The position numbers and the translations under genes are program-made. A model generated the notes under the pieces. That model did no database searches and had not been told where the DNA came from. It saw only the letters and a list, made by a program, of their open reading frames with translations. DNA of 43,501 nt from contig CAYLSK010000001.1 in assembly GCA_964385975.1 (NCBI GenBank), positions 1 to 43,501 on the forward strand, written 5' to 3'. Shown piece after piece: positions 14,755 through 25,037 of this stretch (within the stretch, counting starts at the first letter, position 1; the number at the start of each line of letters is the position of its first letter). Source of the DNA: an uncultured Anaerolineaceae bacterium (GTDB lineage: Bacteria > Chloroflexota > Limnocylindria > Limnocylindrales > CSP1-4).

Positions 14755-17480
14755 CAGCCGAACTCGCCGACGCGGCTACCTCGGGAGCCGAGCGGCTTGA
14801 CGATCCGCGACCGGGTGACGCGCGCCTTCTGCATGTCGGACGCAGTGACGGCAAGCGTGATGTGCGGGATGAGGAGGCCGCGGATCGCCGCCACGATATT
14901 ACCGAACTCGCGATCAACCGCCGGGTAGCTGTGTCGCTGGGCGGCGCCGGTGTAGGCCGACTTGGACGGCCAGAACGAACCGCCGGAGGCTCGATGCGGC
15001 ATCGGCCCGCGACCGAAGTTGCCAACGAGCGGGATGTCCGGGATGATGACCCCGTCCCGCTTCGGCCGGAAGCGCTCGGGGCCCTTCTCGCCAACGATGT
15101 AGTCGTGGTCCCGCCAGACAGGGCCGCCGTGTTGACGTGTCGGCATGTTGTGGACGTTGCCGACGAGCCCAGCAGGGGCCGGCCGCGGACCACCGGGCAT
15201 GTTGTGGACGTTGCCGACGAGCCCGCCGGCGACTGGGAAGCTGGGGATGCTGATCCCCTTGACCGCGTTGACGACATCGATCAGGCCGTGGATGATCCCC
15301 GCGGCCGTGGTCCGATGCTCGCTGAGCAGCGTGCTCTCGATGCCCTTCAGGTCGGCGACCTTCTGCTTCACGCTTTCGTTGGACGCGGCGATCTTCTTGG
15401 CTTCCGCGATCTGGGCGGCCTGGTGGGCACGGCCGGCGACGAGCGGGCTGATCTTGCGGATCTCGGCGGTCAGGATCGCGGCGTTCGTCTTGTCGCCGGC
15501 GGCGAGCAGCAGGTCGCGCTTGGCGGTCAGGTCGGCGATGGTGGCCTTGGTCGTCTTGCCCGAGCCGACCCCGCCCAGGATGTCCGTGGTCACGCGCTTG
15601 GCGGCCTCGAGGATCGCCGCCGGGTCGGTCGCCTTGCGCAGGGCCCCGATCGCGTCGCGGAAGTCGGCATGGAGCTGCTGCTGAAGGAGGGTCATGGTGC
15701 TGGCGGTCTTATCGAGGGCCGTGGCCGCGATCCCCATCGGGCCCGAGCGCCCGAGATTGCCGGTCAGGCGGTCGCCGCGTTGCTCGGCGAGCTGCTGCTT
15801 GAGTTCGACCCGCATCTTCTTGAGGTTGTCGAGCGCGTCACCCTGCACCAAGAAGAACGGCAGGTTGGATGTCTGCAGGTCTGTGATCCCCTTCTCGACG
15901 CCCCCGAGTGCCTTTTCGAGATCGGCCTTGCCCGGCGACTGCGCGAGGAACTTGTTGAGGTTGTCCTGGACGCCCAGCGACTGTTGCGTGCTCCGATCGG
16001 TGAGGTTCTGTCGGACGTCGTTGACGAGCACGGCGAGCCCGATCGCCTCGCCAACAAGGAACACTTTCGATGCGAGACCGAGCCCCCCACCGGGTCCGAC
16101 CGGGCCAACGCCGCCGATCCCAGTGCCCGAGACGAAGAGTGGATTGGCCGGAGACGAGCCCCTGGCAAAGAACCCACCCGCCGCCCCGCCGAGCCCCCTG
16201 GAGATGGCCCCTTCAGCCAGGCTCGCGACGAGATGGATCGGCGACATCCCGAACAGGAACTTGATCGTGCGGTCGGCCACGAAGCCCTTGACCAGGAGGT
16301 CGCGGAGCGGCCCCGGGATGCTGTTCCAGAAACTGCCGGCCGCGCCAGCCAATCCGGAGATCGTCGGGACGACCGTGCCGGTGACGAATGAAGCGAAACC
16401 CTTGGCGGCCGATACGGCATCGCGGAACCAGGCGCGCACGTCGTCCTGGTGGGTGCTGAGCCAGGCCGTCCCTTCTTTGAGACCGGCGGTCAGATCCGGG
16501 ACGAGATCGACGCCGATCAAGGTCTGCAGATCGCCGAGTGAATCGGCCCAGTCGCGTTGGGCCACCCGGAACTTCGCCATCTGGGCGAGCTGCGCGTCGG
16601 TCAGGTGGATGGCGTCAGCGGTTTCCTGCTTGATCCCCTTCGAGCCGAGAGACAGGACCGGGATGAGCGTCTGCCACGACCTTCCGAAGAGCTTGGCCAT
16701 GGCAGCGGCTTTCTGGCTCGACTCCGCGTTGCTATTGAAGTAGTCGGCCGACCGTTGCAGGATCGTGTTGGCGTCGGCGACCTTGCCGCTGCTGTCAAGA
16801 ATGGACAGGCCGTACTTCTTCTCGAAGGCGATTGCGCCGCCGGTCGTGACGCCTCCCGTCTTTCGCAGCTCCGCCAATCTGCGCTCCGCATCGGCGACGC
16901 GCTGGTGGGCCGCCAGGCGGGCCGAGGCGGTCGTGCCACGCTTCGTCTCGACCTCGTGAAGCTTGACTTGGGCGAGTCGCAGGGCCTCGCTCGCCTTCGT
17001 CAGCGCCTCGGTGCTGGCACCTCCCTTCGTCGTCGTGCCGGCCAGGTTGCCGAGGTTCTTCTCGAGCATCCCGATCGTCTTGATCTGCGCGTCGCCCACG
17101 ATCCCGTACTTGTCGAGCACGTCGACCAGGGCCGAGGTCTTCTGCACGCCGAGCCCCGTGAGCTTGGCGAGGTCCTCCGTCGCCCGGCCGAACTCGCCCG
17201 CCTTGTCAATCCCGCTCTTGAGCGCACCGACAAGCCCCACGACGCCGGCCGTGACCCCGATGAAGCCGAGCGGACCAGCGAGCTGGGTCAGGCGGTTCCT
17301 GAGATGCCCGAGCGCCTGCCCGCTCTTGTTGGCGACCACCATGACGCCACCGAGGCCGACCGCCGCGAGGCGCCCGCTCGTGCCAAGCTGGGCCAGCTCG
17401 CTGCGGACGTTCTTGAGCTTGCCGGCGGCCAAATCCTGGGCCGTGACAATGATCGCTAGTCGCTGCGTCCGATCAGTCAT
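14754..17480 (-). CDS. tape measure protein (908 aa)
   Basis: Long Ala/Gly/Leu-rich helical protein with TM-like segments, immediately downstream of the G/GT chaperones. Confidence 0.85.
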   Translation of the reverse strand: MTDRTQRLAIIVTAQDLAAGKLKNVRSELAQLGTSGRLAAVGLGGVMVVANKSGQALGHLRNRLTQLAGPLGFIGVTAGVVGLVGALKSGIDKAGEFGRATEDLAKLTGLGVQKTSALVDVLDKYGIVGDAQIKTIGMLEKNLGNLAGTTTKGGASTEALTKASEALRLAQVKLHEVETKRGTTASARLAAHQRVADAERRLAELRKTGGVTTGGAIAFEKKYGLSILDSSGKVADANTILQRSADYFNSNAESSQKAAAMAKLFGRSWQTLIPVLSLGSKGIKQETADAIHLTDAQLAQMAKFRVAQRDWADSLGDLQTLIGVDLVPDLTAGLKEGTAWLSTHQDDVRAWFRDAVSAAKGFASFVTGTVVPTISGLAGAAGSFWNSIPGPLRDLLVKGFVADRTIKFLFGMSPIHLVASLAEGAISRGLGGAAGGFFARGSSPANPLFVSGTGIGGVGPVGPGGGLGLASKVFLVGEAIGLAVLVNDVRQNLTDRSTQQSLGVQDNLNKFLAQSPGKADLEKALGGVEKGITDLQTSNLPFFLVQGDALDNLKKMRVELKQQLAEQRGDRLTGNLGRSGPMGIAATALDKTASTMTLLQQQLHADFRDAIGALRKATDPAAILEAAKRVTTDILGGVGSGKTTKATIADLTAKRDLLLAAGDKTNAAILTAEIRKISPLVAGRAHQAAQIAEAKKIAASNESVKQKVADLKGIESTLLSEHRTTAAGIIHGLIDVVNAVKGISIPSFPVAGGLVGNVHNMPGGPRPAPAGLVGNVHNMPTRQHGGPVWRDHDYIVGEKGPERFRPKRDGVIIPDIPLVGNFGRGPMPHRASGGSFWPSKSAYTGAAQRHSYPAVDREFGNIVAAIRGLLIPHITLAVTASDMQKARVTRSRIVKPLGSRGSRVGEFG
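15142..15224. repeat. 54-bp-period direct repeat inside the tape measure gene (AGLVGNVHNMP x2)
   Basis: The 29-nt string ggcatgttgtggacgttgccgacgagccc occurs at 15142-15170 and again at 15196-15224. Confidence 0.8.
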
Positions 17481-18281
17481 CAGCAGGCCCCGTCACGTGA
17501 TCGGGCTCGTCGAGGAGCAGCAGGACGCGCCGTCGCTTGATCTCCTCCCGGGCGCCGGTGCGGACCGCCTGGAACCTCGTGAACTGCGCTCCTGTCAAGC
17601 CGTGCGGCTCCTGCGCTGCCGCGGCCTGCAGCTCGTCGGTCCCCTCGTACGTTAGCTGCGCGTAGGCCGCCCAACGGACGGCGTCCATGAAGCCCGGGCT
17701 TGCGAACCGCAGCTCGTCAGCCCCCAGGCCACGCCGTGCCATCAGGACGGCGTCATAGGTCACTGCAGCGGCGGGGTCGTCGGGGTGGGGGATGCGCTCG
17801 CCCGAGACGAGGCCCGAGATCGAGCGCCGGATCCGTTTGGGCCTGTCGCCGTTGCCTCGGCTTCCGGTACCTCGCCGGCGAAGACTGCCTGCGCCTTCAC
17901 GATCCGCTCGAGGATCGCCTGGCGGATCGTGTCGTCGAGGAGCATCACGTTGCGGCGAGAGATCCCGAGCGGCTCGAACTTTCCATGCCGCTTGCCGGGG
18001 TGATAGCAGGGGTCCTTGGACAGGAGCGACCACTCCGTGATCGAGGTGACGATCGCCTGGGTGTTGGAGGCCCCGAAGTTGATGTACTCGCCCTCGCCCT
18101 CGGCGAGCCCCACCGACTTGCTGACCTCCCATTCGCCGGCGCCGAGCTGGGTCCGGTAGGTGATCGTCTCGGCCTTGTGGATCCCGGCCGGGCAATGACA
18201 TCCGGGAACCTCGAACGTCTCGGTCGCGTTTGGATCGGCGAACCGGTAGATGACCGGCTCGCCTTCACTGGCCTCGCTCAT
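17473..18281 (-). CDS. tail assembly chaperone -1 frameshift fusion product (gpGT-like)
   Basis: The -1 frame is open from the slippery site to 17473 and has good composition (…VTYDAVLMARRGLGADELRFASPGFMDAVRWAAYAQL…). It ends 8 nt inside the tape-measure start. Confidence 0.65.
17760..18281 (-). CDS. tail assembly chaperone (gpG-like)
   Basis: Lies between the major tail protein and the tape measure. Contains the slippery site and has a low-complexity tail after it. Confidence 0.7.
   Translation of the reverse strand: MSEASEGEPVIYRFADPNATETFEVPGCHCPAGIHKAETITYRTQLGAGEWEVSKSVGLAEGEGEYINFGASNTQAIVTSITEWSLLSKDPCYHPGKRHGKFEPLGISRRNVMLLDDTIRQAILERIVKAQAVFAGEVPEAEATATGPNGSGARSRASSRASASPTPTTPPLQ
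17835..17841 (-). other. programmed -1 ribosomal frameshift slippery heptamer C_CCA_AAC
   Basis: The plus strand reads gtttggg at 17835-17841. The zero-frame codons CCA AAC were verified by coordinate arithmetic against the G frame, and CCC AAA against the T frame. Confidence 0.65.
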
Positions 18282-19297
18282 GGCAGGGCTGCGATCGTGT
18301 TTACGACCTCGATGGTGTGCGACGCGTCAAGATCGGTGTCGTCGGCGAACTCGCCGCTGATCTTGTAGACCCGCTCGCCGTCGCTGTCATCCCAGGGCAC
18401 CGCGAACATGCCGGCCAGGGCATCGATCGTGAAGAGCTTGGAGGCGGAGCCGGTCGCCTTGACCCGGATGCGCTTCTCGCCGAGGACCCCACCCGAGGTG
18501 TTCCACACGTCGTGCAGGTCGGACTGGCTGTCGGCATTGACCGCCACGACCATCTCGTAGGTCGCGGTGGACAGATCGCCGAAGCCGAACTTCGTGGCAA
18601 GATCCGTCGTTCCACCGTAAGCCCGGAGGCGAAGGTTCCGGTTGGCCGTCATGGTGAAGCTGCGCAGGCTCCCCGCCAGCTCCGGCAAATCGGCGAAGGG
18701 GGTGGCAATCGGGCCCTGGTACAGCTGGGTCAGGTGGCCCTGGACGGTTTCGAGGATGGGATCGATGCCGGACAGCGAGCCGGTCAGGGCATTTGACTCG
18801 AGGGTGAAGCCGAGGAGCTGTGCCGACAGCGTCCACGGCGATGCCTGGCCCGCCGTGATCGCGCTGAAGCCCATGGTGAGCGAGTCGATCAGGCAGCTGA
18901 CGATGCGCTCCTGGGCCGCCGCGGTGTCGATATTGCCGGTCTCGATGGTCGCCGGGATGCAGGAGGAGGCGCCGGTCTCGAACGGATACAGCCAGGTGAA
19001 CGCCCCCGTCGGGTCCACATGGCCGTAGATCAGCTCCAGCCACAGGATGATGTCCTCGAAGCGAACCTCCGAGGGCACCGTCACTGCGGCGCTGCGGACG
19101 CCTTTGTAGCCGGAGCCGCCCATGTTCCGGACGTTCCGCCCCCGATCGAGCGCCGGATAGGCGCCACCGAGTGTCAGCTCCGGGCTGATCCGCTCGCTGA
19201 TCGGGAGGAGGACCGTCGCGGCGACGGCCGAGCCGGGTGCCTCGAACGTGCCCGACTGGAAGCCGAGCTGCACGACATTGAAAACGTTTTCGCTCAA
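18278..19297 (-). CDS. major tail protein (339 aa)
   Basis: Position directly upstream of the chaperones. TTG start lies 6 nt after AGGAGG. Confidence 0.6.
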   Translation of the reverse strand: MSENVFNVVQLGFQSGTFEAPGSAVAATVLLPISERISPELTLGGAYPALDRGRNVRNMGGSGYKGVRSAAVTVPSEVRFEDIILWLELIYGHVDPTGAFTWLYPFETGASSCIPATIETGNIDTAAAQERIVSCLIDSLTMGFSAITAGQASPWTLSAQLLGFTLESNALTGSLSGIDPILETVQGHLTQLYQGPIATPFADLPELAGSLRSFTMTANRNLRLRAYGGTTDLATKFGFGDLSTATYEMVVAVNADSQSDLHDVWNTSGGVLGEKRIRVKATGSASKLFTIDALAGMFAVPWDDSDGERVYKISGEFADDTDLDASHTIEVVNTIAALP

Positions 19298-19327
19298 GGT
19301 ATGCCTCCTTTCGGGCTATCGAAGGTC

Positions 19328-19684
19328 CTAGGCCTGGGTGACGGCGGCGATCTTCATCGTCGCGTCGTTGACGTCGATCCAGATCTGGCCGCCATGCGTC
19401 CAGCCGACCGCCTTGAATGGCCCGAACAGGGCCAGCTCGCCGGCGCCAAGTGAATAGGCGCTGACGTCGCCGGTCCGGTTGAGGGAATCGGCGACAGACG
19501 TGATGGTCACGGTGTGGGCGCCCACGTCGGTGTTCTGGATGATGACGAGGGTCTTGCCCTCGACGAGCGCGGTGTAATTGCCGAGCGCCACATCGCCGGC
19601 CTGCATCGCGAGGTCGCGCGAGTTGGCGGTGACGACCGGGTAGGCGCCCGGGGCGACTTGTGCGACGACGTTGACACGAGCCAT
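19328..19684 (-). CDS. virion structural protein (118 aa), neck/tail-completion region
   Basis: ORF in the track, beta-rich, assigned by position. Confidence 0.45.
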   Translation of the reverse strand: MARVNVVAQVAPGAYPVVTANSRDLAMQAGDVALGNYTALVEGKTLVIIQNTDVGAHTVTITSVADSLNRTGDVSAYSLGAGELALFGPFKAVGWTHGGQIWIDVNDATMKIAAVTQA

Positions 19685-19699
19685 CTGGTTACTCCTTGG

Positions 19700-20191
19700 C
19701 TATGCGGGCAGGGGAACGACGGTGCGGTTGCACACGACGTTGACGGTGAAGGGGAGGGTGAGGAAGTTGCGCGTGGCGCCCGGATCACCGAGCGAGCGCG
19801 GCATGATCCCCGGGCCGCCGGCGAGGGACGCCGATTGCAGGGTGGCCTCGGTCTCGTATGCCTTGGCATGGGCGATCCAGGCGTCGGCGATCGCGTCCCG
19901 GTCGGCGTACAGCAGGATCATGTTGTCGCCGAGCTCTGCGGCCTCGCGCCAAACGGCACCTAGGATCGTCAGATGCAGCCGTTCGTTGCCCGGCCTCAGC
20001 AGCGGGTCCCAAGGACCCATGGCGCAGGTGACGGCCGGCAGTCCAGCCTCCGTGAAGTCGCGGGCGATCGGGACCACGAGCGGCGCGGCGTCGGTCACGG
20101 ACTGCGTCACGCCGGCCGCGTAGATGTAGCCGTCGATCGCGCCGGCGATGACCCGAGCGCAGCCGTCGACAATGGCCGCAGTGCTGGTCAT
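19700..20191 (-). CDS. tail terminator / neck protein candidate (163 aa)
   Basis: Position between the head-closure genes and the major tail protein. Confidence 0.45.
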   Translation of the reverse strand: MTSTAAIVDGCARVIAGAIDGYIYAAGVTQSVTDAAPLVVPIARDFTEAGLPAVTCAMGPWDPLLRPGNERLHLTILGAVWREAAELGDNMILLYADRDAIADAWIAHAKAYETEATLQSASLAGGPGIMPRSLGDPGATRNFLTLPFTVNVVCNRTVVPLPA

Positions 20192-20772
20192 TGGCCGATC
20201 ACCCCGCCTTTCGATGGAGCGAAGATCGCGTTGGCGATGGCGTCCTCAGCGGGGCCGACGGCGGCGGCGAACGCCGCCGGCAGGATCGGACGAGCCGCCA
20301 TACCCGGGTGCCGCACGGCGCTCCGCGAGAAGAACGCCGCGGGGCGCTTGCGTCCTTCATTCGTCCAAGCGCTGCCCCCGGCGGGACCGGCCAGCGCGGC
20401 CTTGCCGCTCTTGCGCGCCTTCGTGGGATAGGGACGCGACGGTCGGTAGGAGTTGAAGCCCTTCTCACCCGGCGTGATCGTGTGCGCCTTGGCGCCCGGC
20501 TCGAAGATGTTGAACAGTGGGCTCTTCGGGCGGACGTAGCCCTCGATCTCGCGCCCGGACGCTCCGCCACGGGTCGAGATCCTGGGTGGCGGGACCTTCG
20601 TGAACGAATGCGGATGCCCGGGCGTGTCGCCTTCGAACTGCAATTGACGGCGCATCGGCTGCAGCCCGGCTCGGACGGCCCGGCGCATGGCGTTCGAACG
20701 GTCCTTCGGGGCGAGCTCGTCGAGCGCCCTGAGCGCGCCCGGGATGCCCTCGATGATGAACGCAGCCGGCAT
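20188..20772 (-). CDS. HK97 gp10-like head-tail joining protein
   Basis: The start MPAAFIIEGIPGALRALDELAPKD…AMRRAVRAG resembles the HK97-gp10 family opening. TGATG overlap at 20772. Confidence 0.5.
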   Translation of the reverse strand: MPAAFIIEGIPGALRALDELAPKDRSNAMRRAVRAGLQPMRRQLQFEGDTPGHPHSFTKVPPPRISTRGGASGREIEGYVRPKSPLFNIFEPGAKAHTITPGEKGFNSYRPSRPYPTKARKSGKAALAGPAGGSAWTNEGRKRPAAFFSRSAVRHPGMAARPILPAAFAAAVGPAEDAIANAIFAPSKGGVIGQ

Positions 20773-21716
20773 CAGTTCCACCAACCCGGGCTGCGGTCGT
20801 TGGCGAACAGGCAGGCTGAGAAGCGGCTCTTCTCGCGCTGCATGAACCGGTACGTGACCTGTGGCCACCGCTCTGAGGGCATGGCACCCGATGTGTAATC
20901 GGGTGGCCCGGGGATGTTGCCGGCGTATGACGGGTCCGCGTAGGCGAGCTGACGGGCGCGAGCGGCGGTGCCCTCGGCCAGGGCGTCGGGGATGGCCGGC
21001 CAGCCTCGGGCCCCGGTCAAGACGGTCAGGCTCGGATCGCGCGGGAAGCGACGCTTCGTCAGCTCCACGTGGAAGGCCGGCTCATTGCTGCCGGGATCGA
21101 GGAGGTCAATAGGACCGCTCCCACGCAGGACGTAGTCCGGGGTATCGACGCCGTTGATCTCGAGCCTGTCGATCACCACGATCCCGGCGTGGACGTGCAG
21201 GATCTGGCCGTCGACGTCGTCCGGCCCGGGCGACCATTCCTCGCTGCCGAAGGTCGGGTGGCGGAAGTAGTCCCGGCCGCCGAGCTCGGCGATGAGCTCG
21301 TTCGTCGCGGTGCCTGCCTCTTGTGCCAAGCGCCGCAACCGCGTCGCGTTCGGCTTCGTCTCGAAGCTCGCGATGACCCGCTCGAGCGAAGCGTACGAGA
21401 TCGGCAGGACCGATCCGGCCGGGTTCGTGCCGGGGAACGGTGCTGAATACGGTGAGTAGTCGGCGGGTGTCGTCGGCACGGCCGTGGATGCCCGCCAGCG
21501 GTACAAGCTCGTGTCGATCCCGTCCGGATCCCACCACTGGTACTGCAGCGTCGTCGCGACGACGGCGAGGGTCTGCTCCTCGGCGTACGACCCGAGGTCG
21601 TACGGCGGGCTCAGGTCGAGGTCAGCCCGCTCGATCCTGATGAGCGCGCCGGGCCCGAACGCCCCGACGGCCAGGACGCCCGCCGGATCGGGGAGCCAGA
21701 TGTCGACGCGGATCAT
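20772..21716 (-). CDS. head-tail connector/adaptor candidate (314 aa)
   Basis: Position only. Confidence 0.4.
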   Translation of the reverse strand: MIRVDIWLPDPAGVLAVGAFGPGALIRIERADLDLSPPYDLGSYAEEQTLAVVATTLQYQWWDPDGIDTSLYRWRASTAVPTTPADYSPYSAPFPGTNPAGSVLPISYASLERVIASFETKPNATRLRRLAQEAGTATNELIAELGGRDYFRHPTFGSEEWSPGPDDVDGQILHVHAGIVVIDRLEINGVDTPDYVLRGSGPIDLLDPGSNEPAFHVELTKRRFPRDPSLTVLTGARGWPAIPDALAEGTAARARQLAYADPSYAGNIPGPPDYTSGAMPSERWPQVTYRFMQREKSRFSACLFANDRSPGWWN

Positions 21717-21725
21717 CGGCAGCCA

Positions 21726-22073
21726 TCAGTGCTCATAGAGGAAGATCAGGCGGCCGGTGAGCGTGTCGCCGCCGCCCGCGATTGCGATCTGGATACGATC
21801 GAGGACCGGCATGGGGAGGCCGGCACCTGCGACGTCCACGCCGCCCGTCGTCTGGCCGAGCATCGTCGGCAGGTAGTCCTTGCTCGCCGCAACCGCGGCC
21901 ACGGACAGGAGCGTCTTGTTGCCGGGCTGCTCAGTGATCGCGATGTCGGGTGTCGACAACGTGCCGAGCTCGAAGCGGATCATGTGGAGCCGGCAGGGAC
22001 CGAGGCGGACCGTCGTCAGGTCCGTGCCATCGGCCGCCGTCACGATCGGGACGCTCTTGGTGAGCAGGCTCAC
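21726..22073 (-). CDS. head-associated structural protein (115 aa)
   Basis: ORF in the track, beta-rich, position after the capsid gene. Confidence 0.45.
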   Translation of the reverse strand: MSLLTKSVPIVTAADGTDLTTVRLGPCRLHMIRFELGTLSTPDIAITEQPGNKTLLSVAAVAASKDYLPTMLGQTTGGVDVAGAGLPMPVLDRIQIAIAGGGDTLTGRLIFLYEH

Positions 22074-22309
22074 GGCTCAGGCTCCGGCTCCGATTCGGGT
22101 GTTGGCTCGGGAGCGACCTCGGAATGCGGCGCCGAGACCGGCTCGGGCCTAGCGCCGAGCGGGGCGATCGGACGGAACAGGTGCTCGCGACCCCTGAGGA
22201 CAGGGTGACCAGCCGCGATGACTTGGCCGGCGGCGAAGAACTGATCGTTCTTGTAGAAGAACGGTGCGTTGACGATGAAGTACTCGGTACGGATTTTCTT
22301 CTCGGCCAT
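22070..22309 (-). CDS. hypothetical protein with Pro/Glu-rich tail (79 aa)
   Basis: ORF in the track. AAGGAG lies upstream of the ATG. Confidence 0.45.
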   Translation of the reverse strand: MAEKKIRTEYFIVNAPFFYKNDQFFAAGQVIAAGHPVLRGREHLFRPIAPLGARPEPVSAPHSEVAPEPTPESEPEPEP

Positions 22310-22335
22310 CGGATGCTCCTTTCAGAGACGTGACG

Positions 22336-22363
22336 CTGGGCCCGCCGCCCCGGGCGGGCCCAG
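22336..22363 (-). terminator. 11-bp GC stem-loop just after the capsid gene (partial terminator / mRNA stabiliser)
   Basis: ctgggcccgcc-gccccg-ggcgggcccag, with perfectly complementary arms. There is no strong U-tract. Confidence 0.45.
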
Positions 22364-22373
22364 TCGCCTAGCC

Positions 22374-23987
22374 TCAGTCGATCTCGAGCAGCCGGAAGGC
22401 GTTGAAGGCCAGGACCTTGGTGCCGTTGCGCCAGGCCGCGTAGATCGTCGTGCCGCCTGTCGGCCGTCCGCTGCCATCCCGGGTGTCCACGACCTTGGTC
22501 GTCAGGCCAAGCCGGTCCACGACGACGAAGCCCGTCTTGAAATCGCCGAAAAGCAGGACGTGCTTGGTGTCGGCCGTGGTGTCGTCCATGGCCGACGCTT
22601 CGTGGACCGGGTAGCCGCGAAGGGTGCCCGACTGCGCGTTGTAGATCGAGCCCGCATCCTGGCCGGCCGTGCCGAACGCCGGGACCTTCTGGAGGATCGC
22701 GTTGTTGGCGACGAAGCGCGACTTGGCGATACCGCGGAAGCGTGGCGGCAACGCGCCGATCAGCTTGTCGATGTCGGCGAGCAGGAAGGCGTCGTTGGTC
22801 GTGGTGAGCACGATGCTCGAGGTCTCGGCGATGATCGCGGCCACGATGCCTTCGGGCTCGTCGGTGCCGTCACCCAGGAAGAACTTGGTGGCCTCGAGGG
22901 TGTCTTTCGCGGTGGCGATCAGGGTGCCGACCTCGCCCAGGAGCGCGGCCGAGCCGTAGTCCTGCAGATACTCGAGCGTGATGTCGACCGACACGTCCGC
23001 GCGAACGGGCGTCACGGTCGGATCGTCGAGGTCGCTCGGGGCGCCGTCACTGGCTCCGGTGGTTGCCCGGGTCGCCTCGGAGACGTAAGCCGCCGTCACA
23101 CCCTCGGTGGTGATGGCCGACCAGGTCTTGGCGGTCGTGGTGGCGATCCGGCTAATCGCGCGAATCGGGTTCGCGGAACCGTCGCTGACGTCGATGAACG
23201 TCGGGTCGATCTCGGCCGGGATGGAGACCCCCCCGTCCGTCGCGCTGTAGCTCTGCATGACCGCGAGACGCTGACCGGTCAGGGCCCTTCCCCTGGCGTA
23301 GTCGGTCCAGGCGGCGACGTAGACCGGGTCGCTCGTGCCGATCACGTGCTGCGAAACCCAGCCGTAGTCATCGTTGCGATGCTTCGTGATCAGCTTCTCG
23401 AGCTGCGCTCGCACCTTGTCTGGATCGGACGCAGTCGGGAAGCTCATTTGCTCGATTGCCCGCATCGCTCCGTCGCGGTAGGCGGCCGGGAGGTCGTCGA
23501 TGCTCGTGACCCTCTGGCGGTAGGCCGCCAGGTCGTAGATGTTGTCAGGCGTGCGACGGACGTTCGGGGCTGCGAAGGAGGTCACAGGTCCCTCCGTTCG
23601 ACGGGCCTCGCCGCTGGCCGAGGCTGACTGGATCGCAGCCTCGCGGATCTCGAGCTCGTCGATGGTCGCGGTCACGCGAGCCAGGAGCCCGAGATTCTTC
23701 GGATCCTCGCTCGTGATTTCCTCGAACTCGACGCGCTGGGCGTCGTTGAACGAACTGCCGGCCGCCTCGTTGTGCAGCTCGGTCATCCGGGCGCGGAGCT
23801 CAGCCGCCGCCTGCCGATGGGCATCCAGACCTCGCAGGCCCTCGATGTCGAAACCACCGCTATAGCAAGCGATGCCGATCCCGGCCGGTGTGAAGGCACC
23901 GGCACCGATGCCGAATGGGCGATAGACGGCGAAGGCGGCGACCGCTCCCGCGTACCGCTCCACAGGAATGCGTCGAACGTCGTTCAC
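22374..23987 (-). CDS. major capsid protein, HK97 fold, with N-terminal delta/scaffold-like region
   Basis: Position after the protease. A coiled-coil delta-like segment is followed by a long beta/alpha capsid body. GTG 23987 forms a GTGA overlap with the protease stop. The longest ORF starts at 24017. Confidence 0.8.
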   Translation of the reverse strand: MNDVRRIPVERYAGAVAAFAVYRPFGIGAGAFTPAGIGIACYSGGFDIEGLRGLDAHRQAAAELRARMTELHNEAAGSSFNDAQRVEFEEITSEDPKNLGLLARVTATIDELEIREAAIQSASASGEARRTEGPVTSFAAPNVRRTPDNIYDLAAYRQRVTSIDDLPAAYRDGAMRAIEQMSFPTASDPDKVRAQLEKLITKHRNDDYGWVSQHVIGTSDPVYVAAWTDYARGRALTGQRLAVMQSYSATDGGVSIPAEIDPTFIDVSDGSANPIRAISRIATTTAKTWSAITTEGVTAAYVSEATRATTGASDGAPSDLDDPTVTPVRADVSVDITLEYLQDYGSAALLGEVGTLIATAKDTLEATKFFLGDGTDEPEGIVAAIIAETSSIVLTTTNDAFLLADIDKLIGALPPRFRGIAKSRFVANNAILQKVPAFGTAGQDAGSIYNAQSGTLRGYPVHEASAMDDTTADTKHVLLFGDFKTGFVVVDRLGLTTKVVDTRDGSGRPTGGTTIYAAWRNGTKVLAFNAFRLLEID

Positions 23988-25021
23988 CGTTTCTTCCCTT
24001 TCATGCGCTGATTCCAAGCCCGGTCGGGCTGGCTGATGGACATGGCGGCGACCGCTGCCCGGCCGTGGTCGGCCGGAATCGATGTCAGCGCCCCGCGAGA
24101 GGTTGGCTTGGCTGTGCGGCCGAGGCGGGCGACGGTTGCCTCGAGGGTGTCGATCCGGTCGACCATCCCGGCCGCGAGAGCCTGGCGGGCGAGCATCGTG
24201 CGGCCCTGCCCGTAGCTGCTGGCGACAATGCTCGACGTCACTCCGCGACCCTTGGCGACGTCGCCGAGGAACATCGCGTAGAACGTGTCGACCTGATCCT
24301 GGATGTTCGCCTTCGCCTCATCGGCGAGCGGCTCGAATGGGTTGCCCTCGGTCTTGTATCGACCGGCGCTGATGAGCGTGATCTTGATCCCGGCCATCTC
24401 GAGCGCGCCGCTGTCATCTTCATGCGCGGCGTATACGCCGATCGATCCGACCTCGCCCGATGGCGTCATGACGAGTTGGTCGACCGAGCACCCGATCCAG
24501 TAGGCGGCCGAGGCAGCCAGGGGGTTGACCACCGCGACGATCGGCTTCGTGCCACCGCGGATCCCCCGCAACTCGGTGGCGAACTCGGGGATGCCATCGA
24601 CGCTCCCGCCCGGCGACGAAATATCGAGGACGACCGAGGTGGCGGCTGGGTCGGCGAGCGCCTCTCGGATAGCGTTCCGAAGGTCATCGATGCTTGTACC
24701 GCCGAACAGCCAGCTCCAGAAGTCGGAGCGCTGGGTTATCAGACCGTAGACGGGGATCACGGCGGTCGGGCCGACCATCGCGCCGCCCATCCGCTCCATC
24801 CATGAGGACGCTGACATATCCGGCTTCGGCTTCGTCGGGGGTTCCATCGGCAGCGTCGACGCGTTGAGCATCATCGCTAGCCAGGAGCGGCGAATCGCCC
24901 ACGGACGCTCGGCGAGTGCGCTGCGGATAAGCGCTCGGGTCGGCGAGGCCGCAGGCTCGATGAGTTCGATCGGGTCGGGGTCGACGACGATCGGTTCCAG
25001 CACCGCAGTCACAGGATCCAT
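23984..25021 (-). CDS. prohead protease, S49 (SppA/ClpP-fold) family
   Basis: VVLDISSPGGSVDG…AASAAYWIGC…GSIGV motifs are typical of S49 peptidases. Confidence 0.8.
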   Translation of the reverse strand: MDPVTAVLEPIVVDPDPIELIEPAASPTRALIRSALAERPWAIRRSWLAMMLNASTLPMEPPTKPKPDMSASSWMERMGGAMVGPTAVIPVYGLITQRSDFWSWLFGGTSIDDLRNAIREALADPAATSVVLDISSPGGSVDGIPEFATELRGIRGGTKPIVAVVNPLAASAAYWIGCSVDQLVMTPSGEVGSIGVYAAHEDDSGALEMAGIKITLISAGRYKTEGNPFEPLADEAKANIQDQVDTFYAMFLGDVAKGRGVTSSIVASSYGQGRTMLARQALAAGMVDRIDTLEATVARLGRTAKPTSRGALTSIPADHGRAAVAAMSISQPDRAWNQRMKGKKR

Positions 25022-25037
25022 CGCCCCCTCAGCCTGC

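Noticed and set aside
14862-16391. A 509-aa plus-strand ORF, with similar very long plus-strand ORFs at 22269-23627, 34897-36432 and 36236-37663.
   Set aside because: They are antisense or out of frame to well-supported minus-strand genes (tape measure, capsid, methylase/HNH, lysis genes). They are Arg/Gly/Pro/Asp-rich with low third-position GC. These are typical shadow ORFs of GC-rich DNA.
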